Origin: Tubiluchus corallicola
Lineage: Eukaryota; Animalia; Priapulida
Assembly: GCA_030141605.1 (NCBI GenBank)
Contig: JAQGDQ010000045.1
Coordinates: 682,001 to 746,000, forward strand
DNA length: 64,000 bases
Direction of reading: 5' to 3'
Shown: positions 1-11,981 of the stretch, one piece after another
Layout: every line of letters starts with the position of its first letter
How positions within the stretch are numbered: position 1 is the first letter of the stretch
Made by a program: the position numbers and the translations under genes
Notes under the pieces: model-generated
What the model was told of the DNA's origin: nothing
Seen by the model: the letters and a program-made list of their open reading frames with translations, nothing else
Databases searched by the model: none

Positions 1-154
1 GTTTCCTGTTTTTAGCTAGGAAATACACTATTGATGGTTTCAACTGTGAAGTCACAGAAGCTCTAGTGGTGGAAACACCAATCTCTCTATGAAGCCTTAC
101 ACCAGCAATTTTTTTTAATATGAACAATATAGACAACTTTGACAAAGAACTTAC

Positions 155-283
155 CGGCAAACATAGCTGTAATGCTAGCTCTATAAACATTTGTGAGAGA
201 GGCTAATTCACCGGTAGCCAAAATTACTTTGAGGTGAGCCTCTCCACAGGCTTCCTTCATTTGTCTGACTTCTTCATAAACAC
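155..283 (-). CDS. DERA: DERA exon 6
   Basis: AG/GT bounded, 129 nt, VYEEVRQMKEACGEAHLKVILATGELASLTNVYRASITAMFA. Confidence 0.95.
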
Positions 284-3200
284 CTAATCAACAGAAAACA
301 ATAATTTTCAAATGGTAATGTAAAATTTATTTATAAATATTAACAATTAATAGTAAGATACACTAAAATTAGGGCAAATTTATGATTTTGCTGGGAGAAC
401 TTGAAATGAAATTCAAAAACCAAAAAAAAATTATAACTTACAGTAGTTTAAAATACAAATAGCATATATTTATTACAATAGTTTAAAATACAAATAGCAT
501 ATATTTCAGTACTTTAAAAAATACAATTTAAACAACACATCACAATTTATTTAAATAACAGCATTTAAAAGAATTTTAATGAGTTGGCTAAATGTGTAGT
601 AACAGATAAGCTAACCCAGAGAAGAACAGACAGAAAAAGTTCTTTCACAGTAGAATACTGCATTTGGGAATGGTTGACATATCAGAATGAAGTGATGACA
701 CAAACACATTTAGTACCATCACTAATAATAATCTTGACATTAAGATTATAATAATTATAACGAAGTGCTCAATCTACATTACGACATACCAAAATCCTGA
801 TATCTACCAAAATATTTGCTCCTGATAGCCTGTAATACTCCACTACAATGCAGTAAACGTTATATACCAGACATATTTTTAAGCCGTCACATGCCAAAAT
901 GTCAATATCTGCGATTAATATTGGATATTTTGCAGGGAGCATTTAAAAAGCGGAGTTAGAATGATTTTTAGGATTTTATAATTAGATGTTACAGAATTAA
1001 ACAATTAGAACCAGAGTGAAATTATCTGCAAATGAAGGAAGTTCTTTTAAAGTTATTACAAACTACAGCAGCTCAGTAAGGCAGATCAAACAACAAGATA
1101 TTGACTTATGAAAATGGATACCCATTAACAAACTTTTTGTAAATCTTTTATTACATAAACAAGAATTATAATAAGTATATGTGCAGATTTATGTGCAAAA
1201 TTATGCAGATTTCTTTTGAATGTCGATAATAAATCAAGCAAATAAGAGACTAGGGCAGAACTGGGCTATTTCCCCATTTGTTAAAATAATTAAAGATACA
1301 ATCCGTTACTGGATACATATTGTTAGTCAACCTTATGATAGTTATGTATACCAACCTTATAACGAAAACCGAAACTTAGCTAAGAAGTGCTTTTGTTGGA
1401 CTATTTTTGTTAAGTATATATTATGTGCATATGGCTTTGGACATGTTTGGAATCACCAGACAATATTTTCACCTAAGCGACTACTTAATAAATTAGAAGA
1501 AAAAATAAAAACTGATTATACTCTATTTTGGAAAGAAGAAATCCATAATGATAACAAACCTGATGGTCGAAACAAACTGCGAATGTAACGAACCTTCAAA
1601 AAACAATATCAACTAGAAAACTATTTACTTTCTGGCTATTCCAAATATGCTGTAATAAAATTTACAAAACTGAGAATCAGCTCTCATAGTTTGTGTATTG
1701 AAAGGAGGAGGTACGTTAAACCTAGAAAAACTGCAGCTGCGAATCGTATATACTCATACTGTTTAAGAAATGAAATCGAAGACTAATTACCCTTTGTTAT
1801 AAAATTCACATATTACAATGAACTTAGAGAAAAATTATATAATCGCATCAATGTAATTATCCTCATGAGCGATGCTGATAAATTTTTATTCTTGATGGGA
1901 AGTAATAATTCAGAAGTAATTAAGGCATTTATTGATTATGTTGAAAAAGTGCTTTTAAGACATGATGAACAGCATCATGCAATGATCATATCATTGAAAA
2001 TGAGGCCTAATGAATACATCTTCTGATATTCTGATTTCAAAATTCTGATATTTTAAAAGACAGAAATTACTACTATTAAAGTGAGTACTAGGTCACAAGT
2101 TTTACTGACATTATTATGCAAATTATGTGCCAGTAATCCTAACCTTTCCAATTGCCAGATAATGCATAATTTCTATTTATTACAACATCTATTTCCATTG
2201 CACCATCAGCAACAGCTTGTGTAATTTCTGATAACCGAGTCTTGAGAGGAGTTTGACCACTTGGAAATCCGGTAGCAACTAAAATGAAACATAAGTAAAC
2301 TCATAATTCTACATAAACTTTGGATGTCACAACAAATTTCAAAACTGGGCTGGTTCTTTTTAACTGATCCGCACATAAGTTAACCTTTAATATATGCGAG
2401 TGGTAGAATATTATACTCGACAAGAAGAAAACTCGATACTGAAAGAAGCTTGATAATTTCCTTATTTTAATGTATATGTTATAAATTATAAATTTGAAGG
2501 TGTGAAATTTGATGTGTAATTTTCAGGATTTTTCTAATCAGTAAAAATTAAAACATGTTACTGTGTAAATTTCAGTACAAATGTGTGCTACAGTAACATG
2601 CCTGATGCAACAGATACTTTAGTGCAGCAACATTCTTTCAAGTACTTGACACAATCGGCCACACGTTCTGGATACACACATACAGCTGCTGCTGTGATCC
2701 CTGTAAAATAACAAAACAGCTTGAAACAGATTTGGTTGCATTAGGCACACGCACACATAAGTTATATCAGCATTGTAAATTAAGCTAATATTCTTTCGAT
2801 ACCAAATACATAATTGTTACAAGATAAGCTAGCTACAAAACACAATAACATCAAGCTTTTTATTGCTAAACATAATGTTAACTTTAAAATTAGACTCTAA
2901 ACAAATGACAAATTATTAATCAAACGGTAAAGTACACATTGAACTCAGGTACCTTTATCCTTGACTCCCATGGCATTAATCAAGTCTTCTCGTACAGGAT
3001 TTGCAGCTTTAAAACAAAGCCTCTGCACATTTGCAGGTGTGTCATCACCAGATAACGTAGTCAAGTCTATGCAAGTAACAGTTCTCAACAGCCATGCAGC
3101 CTAGAAGTACAAGAACACTTAAGCTGAACAGAGATTATTGTACTAAGAAAAAGATGTGCCTTTTGAATGAGAAAAAATGGCAGGTGCAAGCCGATACATT

Positions 3201-6200
3201 TTTATTGTTGGACACCTAAGCCAAAATAAGTCGCATAAAAAGGAAGCAAATTCCAGGAATTTAATTGTTCTTGGAATTCTATAAACTCTTTTAAAGATAT
3301 ATCAGTCTGTTCAATGTGGCATGAATAAGCTAATCTTCTTCTTGATGTTGATCAATTCTTGCATGGAGGAAACAAATACAAAAAAGAGGAATACAAATAC
3401 TGTGAAGTAAACAAACAAGCCTAGGTAAAGCAAACTCTCTCTGATAATTTGATTGCTGTCTGTAAGACAGAACAGAAAACATGCAAGACTTTTTCTACTC
3501 TTCAGGTGAATACTAAGCAGCCATTTAGTAGTTGTAATGCAGCAACAACAATGCTAATTAGACAAACCTTACACACCTGCCATTGCTTTTTCACTGTCCG
3601 TCGAGTGAGAAGTTCAGACGATCTCTTTTTCACTGCAGGTAGGTTTACCCTAGTGCTCATTAACCATTCCAAATCTAAAAGATAATAACCATTAGCTTTA
3701 ATACACTTTTAGGGAAAAATTTAAGTTAGTAAAAGAAAGGCTACACTTTTATTACTGATAAGGCCATGCAAAAGCATTATGTGCAAAGTTGCAATTATTT
3801 AGAAATCAACTACTATAGAATGACAAATGCCAACAGCTTTACTGCAAACATTTCCAAGTAGTAGCATAAAAATAATGGGTATTCACAACCATGATGGTTC
3901 AGTACTTTAATGAAAATTTGTGAAAATGGTTCAGTTCAACTTTCATTTTGGAATACTCCAGTTCTCTCGTTCTGGCAAAAGGCTTTTTCCTAGATTTCCA
4001 ATAGCACAAGTGAATACATGGCAGTTTTTGTGGTTTCTTGCACCCCTTCCACTTATATGTATGTTGTATAGGTAAACGATAACGTTCAACTAGAATGAGA
4101 GCATCCTGATCAGAGAAGTCCTCTCCGCTGCCTCTCGTGCTCCGCCAGTGAACTGATCCTGCCACGATGTTCACCGAAGGTATCATACATTCATATTTCG
4201 AACTAGTTCTTCAAAGTTTCATTCCGTCTGTTGTAGACAATGAGGCGTTACTATTTATTAGATAACTCCACCCACTCCTTTCTGCAGCTAATAGCGTACG
4301 TTCTGCTACTCCTAAAGCTAGATTTGGTTAAACTTGCCGAAAATCTACATAGCTACAAATACATAATCCCAACAAAAGTTCAGGCATTGACGGCCATTTT
4401 CTTCATAAACACTCACATTATGGTGTTCGAGGTTTGTCTTATAACTGGTTTGAAAATTATCTGTCTAACAGAATCCAAGTAGTCAGATGCAATAACTGTC
4501 TTTCTAAATTTCAAATTATAACATGCGGTGTGCCACAAGGATCCATATTAGGACCATTATTATTTTTATTTACATAAACGATCTAAACAAGTTACTAAAT
4601 AGAAATAATCTATTTCGATTTGCTGATGACACTACTTTGTTTTTTGACTTGTGTTATCACTCTGTTGCAGAAAAAGATCAACTCTTAAAATTAGTTGCTG
4701 ACTGATTCAAGGCAAATGTACTATCATTAAATCCCCCAAAAACAAAATGTGTTATTTTCCATTCTAGAAATAAAAAATTACCTGATAATTATGACCTATA
4801 TATATATATAAATTGATGGAGTAATTATTGAAAGAGTTAAAACTATAAAATTGCTAGGGTTTTGCTTTATGAAAAACTTGATTGGAGGTCCAATGTTAAT
4901 TATATAAGTTCAAAAATTGCAAAAAATGTTAGCATCATCTCAATTATTAAAAACAAATTACACAACTTTCACTAAATAACACTATATAACTGTTTAATAT
5001 TACCCTATTTAACTTACTGTTGTATTCTATGGGGGAAAACATATCCAACAAACTTATATTATTTAGCCAGACACCAGGTAGGTTTTTGGGAATCACTTAT
5101 TTAATTTAACTAAACAAGCCCCAACTGAACTTTAAAATGAGTTTTAAATTTAGTTTTTTACCACCTCACTATCTATTTGTACAAAACACACCCCAGTTTT
5201 TTAACCCTGCATTTCATAAATCCTGTCACATGTAATCACCAATATCACTTTACTAGATTTAATGAACATTATATTCCATTTTGCAGGACCAATGTTCCAG
5301 AATTTAGTGCACCAAATCTACGGGATAAAACATCAATTTATATCACAACACATTGAAAATTATTTGGCTTTAAAGATATATATGAAATCTCTTCTGCTCA
5401 AATCTTACTTATAACGCATTTTTGGGTTTTGCCATGAAGTGCGATAATTATGGTACATCCCGCGACTGGTTACTTTACAGTTTATATTTTTATGGTTTTT
5501 CATAAGGTCTCTGCTGAACTCCCTGTTTTTCTATAATTCGTTCTCTTGCTAATAAAACAGTTTTTTCTCCACTTCTCATGGTGGTCTTACAAGATTTGCT
5601 TCTTGACCACCATGCATCATATATTTCCTGTTGATAAAATATTATGTAGTTAGTAACTATATTAATATATTACAATTATTGTAATTACAATTCATTTGAT
5701 GTATAACAGTTACAATGTGATAATATAAACTCTTTTTGTCACACTGACAAATATTATACCTTATACCTTATCCAAAATAAGGACATAGATGGTAACTATC
5801 TATAAACGGTATTCTCTCATATGCCTTTTGCAACTGTCGACTGATGAAGCACAGATGGTTGATGACGAAAGATGATTCCATGGTTGAACTACACGATACC
5901 CAAAGAAGTGTGATCTGATGTTGGTTCTAGCTGGTTGCACAAATAATTTACGACTCATGACAATGCAGAACTCTGTGAGGCCTGGAAAAAAGTCTGCCTC
6001 AGTCAGAACAGTATTTCCACTAATTATTTTGAAGCAGTTCACAAGGTCTACAGTCTCACGCCTTTGTTAAAGAGTACAAAATGAAGCGGGATCCAAATCA
6101 ATAGTAAGACGAGAACATCTATCCTGAGTTTTTTCGAGAGCATTCTTGAAAGTAGAGTACTAAGGTGACCATACAACGGGCTCGTATTCCATATTGGGTT

Positions 6201-9200
6201 GAACAACAGCTTTATAGAGAGGAATAATTACTGCTGCACTTCTTGATATCACACACTGCTTAATCGTGCCAAAATGAATGTTTACTTTTGCAATGATATG
6301 ATTCACATGGGAATTCCATTTGAGGTCATTTGAAATCATTACTCCCAAGTCTCTAATACAACATTTTCAGCTATTTGAGCATTATTTAGAAAGTAAGGTG
6401 TAATAGATTTAGGGCGTATTCTAAGTAAAGCACATGTACTGGGTTTAAGTGTCATCAACCATTTACTGCACCAGTCTAAAATTTCATTCAAGTCATGTTG
6501 TAAAATATAACGATCAAGATCGTCTCAAATTGGATGAAAGGGCTTTAAATCATCAACAAATAATGGGATGCTAGTCCCAGTGGAAATACAATCGGTAATA
6601 TCATTTATAAAAATAAGGAAGCAGTATGGGCCACTCAAGGTTCCTTGAGGGATATCACCTATAACGGGGCGTCATTCAGTGTTTATACCGTTAAGAACAA
6701 CATGGTGGAAACGATGAGTAAGAAGGTAACTGAACCACTTAAGAAGCTTACCTCTTACACCAGACTATTCCATCTTAAATAAGAGACATTGGTAGGGGAC
6801 AGAATCAAATGCCTTTTTGAAATCAAGATAAAGTACAACAATATCAGGCAAAGTAGGATCATCAAAGAAGCAAGTCCACTGATTTAAACATGACAACAGA
6901 TTAGGGACGACTGAACGTAGAGGAAGAGAACCTCTTGTTGGGACTTATATATTCATTCAGTTTAAATAAGAAAGGTTAGAATCTTGTCCCATAATACGGA
7001 TTCAAAGCATTTGAAGACAACCACTAAAGATATGGGGCAAAGATCATCATACGAATACATGCATTTGACTGTTTAAGGATGGGATTAATGTTAAAGTTAA
7101 GCCAGCACTGGGGGAGGACTCCAGATTCAAGAGCCTAATCGAACAAAAGGAAAAGAGGGAGAGTAAGCTGGAGAACACAGGATTTTAAAATAAAGCCACG
7201 AACTTCATCGGGCCTTGTAGCCTTAAATGGTGTTAAGTTAACAACCTTAGCATATACATGGTTAATATTGAAATTAATGTCATTTAGAGAATCAGCATTC
7301 CAGCCAGAAGAAGGAATAGGCAATACATTATCATCAAGCTCATGGGCGAAGAAAGAAGAGAAAGCATCATTTATGGTAGAAGCAACCTTTTTAAGACAAA
7401 TAACAACATTATTGTTACAATCTTTAATGGAAATAATACAGTTGGAAGGCTTACTATAAAAGTATATACTATACCTGAAGAATTCCTTACCATTTTTGCT
7501 CAACCTACTTGCAAGTCTATTTTCGTACCTCATCCTTGCATGGCGAATAGACAACCTTAACTACAGGGGTTGCCTGGTGTACTCAGCAAGAGTGCTACAC
7601 AAATTAGTACGATTCCACAGCCTCCAAAGTTTAAGCTTCTTAGATTTAGCTTGTGGACACATTTATCATTTTGCCAAGGTGCACACAACTTTTTACACTC
7701 AGACTTAGAGGTTCTGCTCAGAGGGACAAAATTATCAACAGCATAGTTGTAGGGGTGGAAGAAAAGGTCCAGGTACTTATAACATTACAATTACTCATAG
7801 CGCCAGTTAATGTATGCAAAAAATGACGCAACTGAGGTAGTAAAGCTTTGCGATAGGCTCTCCATGGTATAATATTTTCATATGTGTAAGAGAAATCAAC
7901 AGAAAATTTAAGGCTAGTATCATGGTCACTAATTGAAAAACCAAGGTTAGTAATGCAAAAGTTGATTTTTTTCAGGACAGTTGCATAATAGGAGTTCTAA
8001 ATACTTCTTATCACAGGTAGGGAAGTTAATGTGTTGGGTCAACAAATTTTCATTAATGATTTCCAAAAACAGAACATCAAAAGCAGTATGGGGCAAAGGG
8101 TCAGGCCAAACTAAGTTAGACATATTGAAATAAGCACAAATCACAGTGTCATTACTAGAACATATTGTAGGGCACCGAATAATCCACTAGCCGAAGTAGG
8201 ACACTTCTGGTAAAACGCATGTGTTAAATTTGCGGAACAGCAGTGTCGTACATGGGCAGCCCAAGTAGGACACTAGCGATTTCTGTCAAGAATCGAGATT
8301 TATGACATAATAAAACATAAAACTATATTTGTTTTATAAAAAAGTAACTCTATAATAATGATGGATAGTCCTTGACAATTAACAAATATATTTTTTACAA
8401 CAATATAATCATTATAATTAGTTCTATAAATATAATCATAATATTAAACTGAGTATGAAACTATGTAAGGCACATAACTCGCTAACCCGTTTACTTGGTA
8501 GAAAACAATTATTTGTCCAAGAGGGAGTGAAAAGGATCAACCTGTCTGTGAAGCGAGATAAAATAAAAAATGATATACCTTAAGCAAATGTCCAGTCTGT
8601 GAAGCAAGACAAAATAAAAAATGATATACCTTAAGCAAATGTTGCAATCACCTAAAAAGTGCGCTTATTTCACTTCAAGGAAAGTTAATATTGGCAAATA
8701 TTAATTCTTCTAACTCAGAATAAAATTCTTTTATTTTATCAGATGTATAATAAATTACTCAACGTGTATTGACAAGTTTAATTATTATTACATAAACAAG
8801 GACAACGGACGGTGTCAGTACGCTTAGCGACTCAATCCATGACCTGTCTCTAATATCCTGCTTGGACTAGCTTCTGTATGACGCGTCTTACTTAGGCAAG
8901 CCCATGTACGCCAATTGTCCTACTTCGGCTACTGGGTTACTCAGCGCCCAACACATATATCAACTGCTTTTCCAATTTCTCAAAGTACATCAGTATCAGA
9001 AACATCAAATGCAGCAATATAATCTGGGTTACATGAATGATAAAAACATAGAATATTCAACTTTTGTTGGCATGACAAATGAAGTTGAATACCGACAACC
9101 TCGGCAGTAACATTAACATCGAGTAAGGTAGCGTTTAATGCGGCTTTATAGATAATGGCTATGCCAGTCTGACTAACAGTAACAGTAACAAAGGAAATAC

Positions 9201-9717
9201 GCAATGCCTATCACGTATGGCCATAACCAGCAAGACAAATGGAAGTGTCGGAAACTTCATGATCAAACCATGTTTCACAGAAACAAATAAGATCGGGGTC
9301 ACTCGACAAAAGAAAATTATGCAAGTCAGAAAACTTACACACACATTAGTCATTACTAATTAAAAATCAAACAATTTAATCATTATTATGTCGGGATCCA
9401 GGATTTAGTTGTCAATTTGAAGAATTAATGATTCCGGGATTGGGAGAGGGACTAGCAGTAGATTTACACAAAGTATTTCGCTCATCAATAACGGATTAGT
9501 TAACAATACTGTCAATAGAACTGGTGACAGGATTAACTAGCTTACAAGAAATAACATTATTATAGTTATTTCCGAGATAACACTGGGGGTTGTAGTACAG
9601 TTCACTTTCACCAAATACTGATGATTTTTTTAGTGCACGCATTCACCAAGAATAAACATAAACCATCTTAATTATAGCCTTACCAAATTCACAACCCGTG
9701 TTTCCCGTGGACGCCAT
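155..9717 (-). CDS. DERA: Deoxyribose-phosphate aldolase, 5' part (6 exons; 3' exons lie beyond the left edge)
   Basis: Exons 9717-9684, 3674-3577, 3100-2953, 2700-2602, 2278-2144, 283-155 splice in frame: MASTGNTGCEFDLEWL...TVKKQWQAAWLLRTVTCIDLTTLSGDDT...AAVCVYPERV...VASVATGFPSGQ...DGAMEIDVVINR...AHLKVILATGEL. These are the animal DERA motifs. Confidence 0.96.
1000..1990 (+). mobile_element. Decayed non-LTR retrotransposon 3' fragment (post-RT region with degenerate CCHC knuckle)
   Basis: ORF 1220-1588 then interrupted frame reading KLRISSHSLCIERRRY...YC..NEIED, typical of LINE ORF2 C-termini; stops present; boundaries approximate. Confidence 0.75.
2144..2278 (-). CDS. DERA: DERA exon 5
   Basis: 135 nt, VATGFPSGQTPLKTRLSEITQAVADGAMEIDVVINRNYALSGNWK. 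Confidence 0.95.
2602..2700 (-). CDS. DERA: DERA exon 4 (GC donor)
   Basis: 99 nt, GITAAAVCVYPERVADCVKYLKECCCTKVSVAS; followed by GCATGT rather than GT. Confidence 0.92.
2953..3100 (-). CDS. DERA: DERA exon 3
   Basis: 148 nt, AAWLLRTVTCIDLTTLSGDDTPANVQRLCFKAANPVREDLINAMGVKDK. Confidence 0.95.
3577..3674 (-). CDS. DERA: DERA exon 2
   Basis: 98 nt, DLEWLMSTRVNLPAVKKRSSELLTRRTVKKQWQ. Confidence 0.95.
4310..5420 (+). mobile_element. Decayed LINE reverse transcriptase fragment (CR1/L2/Crack group)
   Basis: YGVRG...NWFENYLSNRIQ...CGVPQGSILGPLLF / IYINDL / FADDTTLF across frameshifts. Confidence 0.88.
5790..9370 (-). mobile_element. Decayed CR1-like LINE (APE endonuclease plus RT) in DERA intron 1
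   Basis: Fragments LTQHINFPT, YLDFKKAFDSVP, PQGTLSGP, LKWNSHVN, LYKAVVQPNMEY..VWSP, RSHFFGYRVVQPWNHL; many stops and frameshifts. Confidence 0.9.
8166..8953. mobile_element. Non-autonomous TIR element inserted in the CR1 LINE
   Basis: Imperfect TIRs of about 40 bp (TGTAGGGCACCGAATAATCCACTAGCCGAAGTAGGACA / TGTCCTACTTCGGCTACTGGGTTACTCAGCGCCCAACA); 5-bp TSD CATAT at 8161-8165 and 8954-8958. Confidence 0.85.
9684..9717 (-). CDS. DERA: DERA exon 1 (coding part)
   Basis: ATG GCG TCC ACG GGA AAC ACG GGT TGT GAA TTT G|gtaagg; phase 1 matches exon 2; resembles the NxGxE(L/F)D N-terminus of animal DERA. Confidence 0.88.
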
Positions 9718-9719
9718 TC

Positions 9720-9913
9720 TGGAAGTCTGCGAAAGGCGAGCGGTCGCTTGAAATATTTTTTGTAGCAATTTTAAAATGTAACTCAGTCTTAACATGATAA
9801 CTATTTTCAATGCGCTAGCTTAATACCGATTCTATTCGGTATTTATTTAAGTTAAACAGGCCTACTGTCGTAGATTATTATTAACAATTTTTTTCAAATA
9901 AATTCTGAAGCGG
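9720..9913. promoter_or_regulatory. Bidirectional promoter region of DERA and RPL15
   Basis: About 200 bp between the DERA ATG and a TCT/5'TOP-like CCTTTT start; CpG-richer flanks. Confidence 0.65.
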
Positions 9914-9941
9914 CCTTTTATGTCAGCATTCGGTGCGAGTG
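9914..9941 (+). other. RPL15: Putative RPL15 non-coding exon 1
   Basis: Pyrimidine start CCTTTT typical of ribosomal-protein mRNAs, short exon ending GAGTG|gtaatg; the ATG exon has an acceptor at 11792-11793, so an upstream exon is required. Confidence 0.6.
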
Positions 9942-10179
9942 GTAATGTACTTTTAATTAACGATTTTTAATCTCATTTATATTTACGTTTTTTGTATCAT
10001 CTATGTACTGTAACTTCTTTTTCCAAAACTAGATAAAGCTAGGCCAAAAATCTGGTTGATATTTAATTAATATATTTGTAAAGACGTTACTTATTTCTAA
10101 TTACATTATTATTATTTTTTCCCTTAGGATGTTTTGGCAAAGCAAAAACATCTAGCAAAATCTTGCGATTATTTTAGGC

Positions 10180-11420
10180 GTCAAATCTTCAATTGAGCCT
10201 TTATACATGTAGACCAGATCTCTCGAAGTCCAGTACTTAACCAGCCTATTTTTAATGTATTTATACTAGGAGCTGTGGAGACCTAGCAATTTATTTGCTC
10301 TTCACTTATATAGCTTCAAATGATGTCCTTTTATTGAACTTCTATCAACCTATGGCCCTGAGATGTAGCTTGGGGCTAACAGTAGTGTCATACTTTCGGG
10401 GCAGGATTTTGCACATTTCTATCATGTAAATCTCTCTGCCGTCTCTCTGCCATTCAAGATGTGGCCTCACCAGCGCCTTGCCTTGTATAACCAAACAAAA
10501 GTATCTTGATCCATATTGATGAAGCTTCTCTGTATTATTCCACCATTGTCTTGTCTTTACTGATTTACTGATTGAATCTGCTTGCAGTCTTTTCCTTAAA
10601 TCAACTTATATTCACTAGTCTCTTTTACTACATTTAACGGCCGGTTTTGTTACCATTTTACCATGTTGTTGGGATCGTCCTGGACAACTTCTCTGTCTTC
10701 TTCTGATTGTTTCTCCCTATACAGTTTAGTGTCATCTGCAAACATCAGTGTACAATCGGCAATATTTTTTCGCAGATCATTGATATATATCACAAATAAC
10801 ATTGGACCGAGGTCACTTTACTGTAGTTCACTTCACTACACTTCACTTTACTATACCACTATGCGCTGGCTGCCATTGCGAACTACTTCCTTGAACCATT
10901 ATTTTCTGTTTTCTGCCTTGTAAAATTCCAGAAATCCAGGTGAGAATTTCTCTGTTGATATAGTAAGACTCAAGTCTTCGAAGAAGTCTGTGATGCGGTC
11001 CTTGGTGAAAAGCCTTTTCAAAATCTAAATAAATGGTATCCACTTAATCCCTATTATGTAGTGCTTTAGTCCATTTCTCCAGAGTCCACAACAAATGTAG
11101 ACTAGTAGAGTGGTTTATATATATATATGTATAGATCTGTTATTCAGTAAATAATCCAATATGTAGTGTCTGATAATCTTTCCCATCACTCTACAAACTA
11201 CTCTCGTTAGTGATATTGGTGGTAGTTGCTTGCCATCTTCCTTTTCCCTTTTTTACGTATAGCTGACACACTTGCATTTTTTCATGACACTCTTGCATTT
11301 TTTCAAGCTTGCAGGATTTGTCCTTGCGTTAACAACAAATTAAATAATGTTGTTAGTCATCCTTTTATTTCATCTGCCATTTCTTGTAATAGACATGGGG
11401 GACGTCTCTGTATCTAATAG
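10180..11420 (-). mobile_element. Decayed CR1-like LINE RT fragment in RPL15 intron 1
   Basis: DTIYLDFEKAFHQGPHHRLL, YINDL..FADDTKLY motifs on the minus strand. Confidence 0.88.
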
Positions 11421-11602
11421 TCTGCATTAATTTAATAATCTGATTAGATTAGAAGAGCTTAAATGCTAAACATTTTTTGTCATTTGGTAAACAAAATGCT
11501 TAGTGCAGTGAACGTAATGATCATAACAGTGCCATTGAACGAAAATAAATAATAATACTGAAGGTGGTGTGCTTCATAAATTGTCTTCCGAATCAAGAAT
11601 GA

Positions 11603-11666
11603 GTCGGTGATGAGAATGCAAAAGGCTTAGTCGCAGAATAGCTGTGTTGAAATAATTCTCTGAGAC
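11603..11666 (+). ncRNA. Candidate intronic box C/D snoRNA
   Basis: C box GTGATGA 11607-13, D' CAGA 11634-37, C'-like GTGTTGA 11644-50, D box CTGA 11660-63, terminal GTC/GAC stem; sense strand of a ribosomal-protein intron, about 130 nt before the acceptor; no firm target found. Confidence 0.5.
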
Positions 11667-11809
11667 ATTGTTAATATAGAATTTTTCGTTTACCGCTTTT
11701 GTCGGATTCTAAGACCATCAGTGTTTATTAATTGTTTTATGTGATCGTTAAGTATTTGTTATTTACTTTACATTACCTAAAATGTTTTTGTAGTTGGCAA
11801 TTGGTGACA

Positions 11810-11981
11810 ATGGGTGCATATAAATACATGCAAGAATTGTATCGCAAAAAACAGAGCGATGTTATGCGATTTCTCTTACGAGTACGATGTTGGCAGTATA
11901 GACAATTATCTGCAATTCATCGTGCAAGTCGTCCAACTAGACCAGATAAAGCGAGACGTCTGGGCTACAGAGCAAAACAAG
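11810..11981 (+). CDS. RPL15: RPL15 first coding exon
   Basis: 172 nt, ends AKQ G|gtaagg. Confidence 0.97.

Noticed and set aside
7833-7856. TGAGGTAGTA resembling let-7
   Set aside because: Only the first 10 nt match, no precursor hairpin, and it lies inside a decayed LINE.
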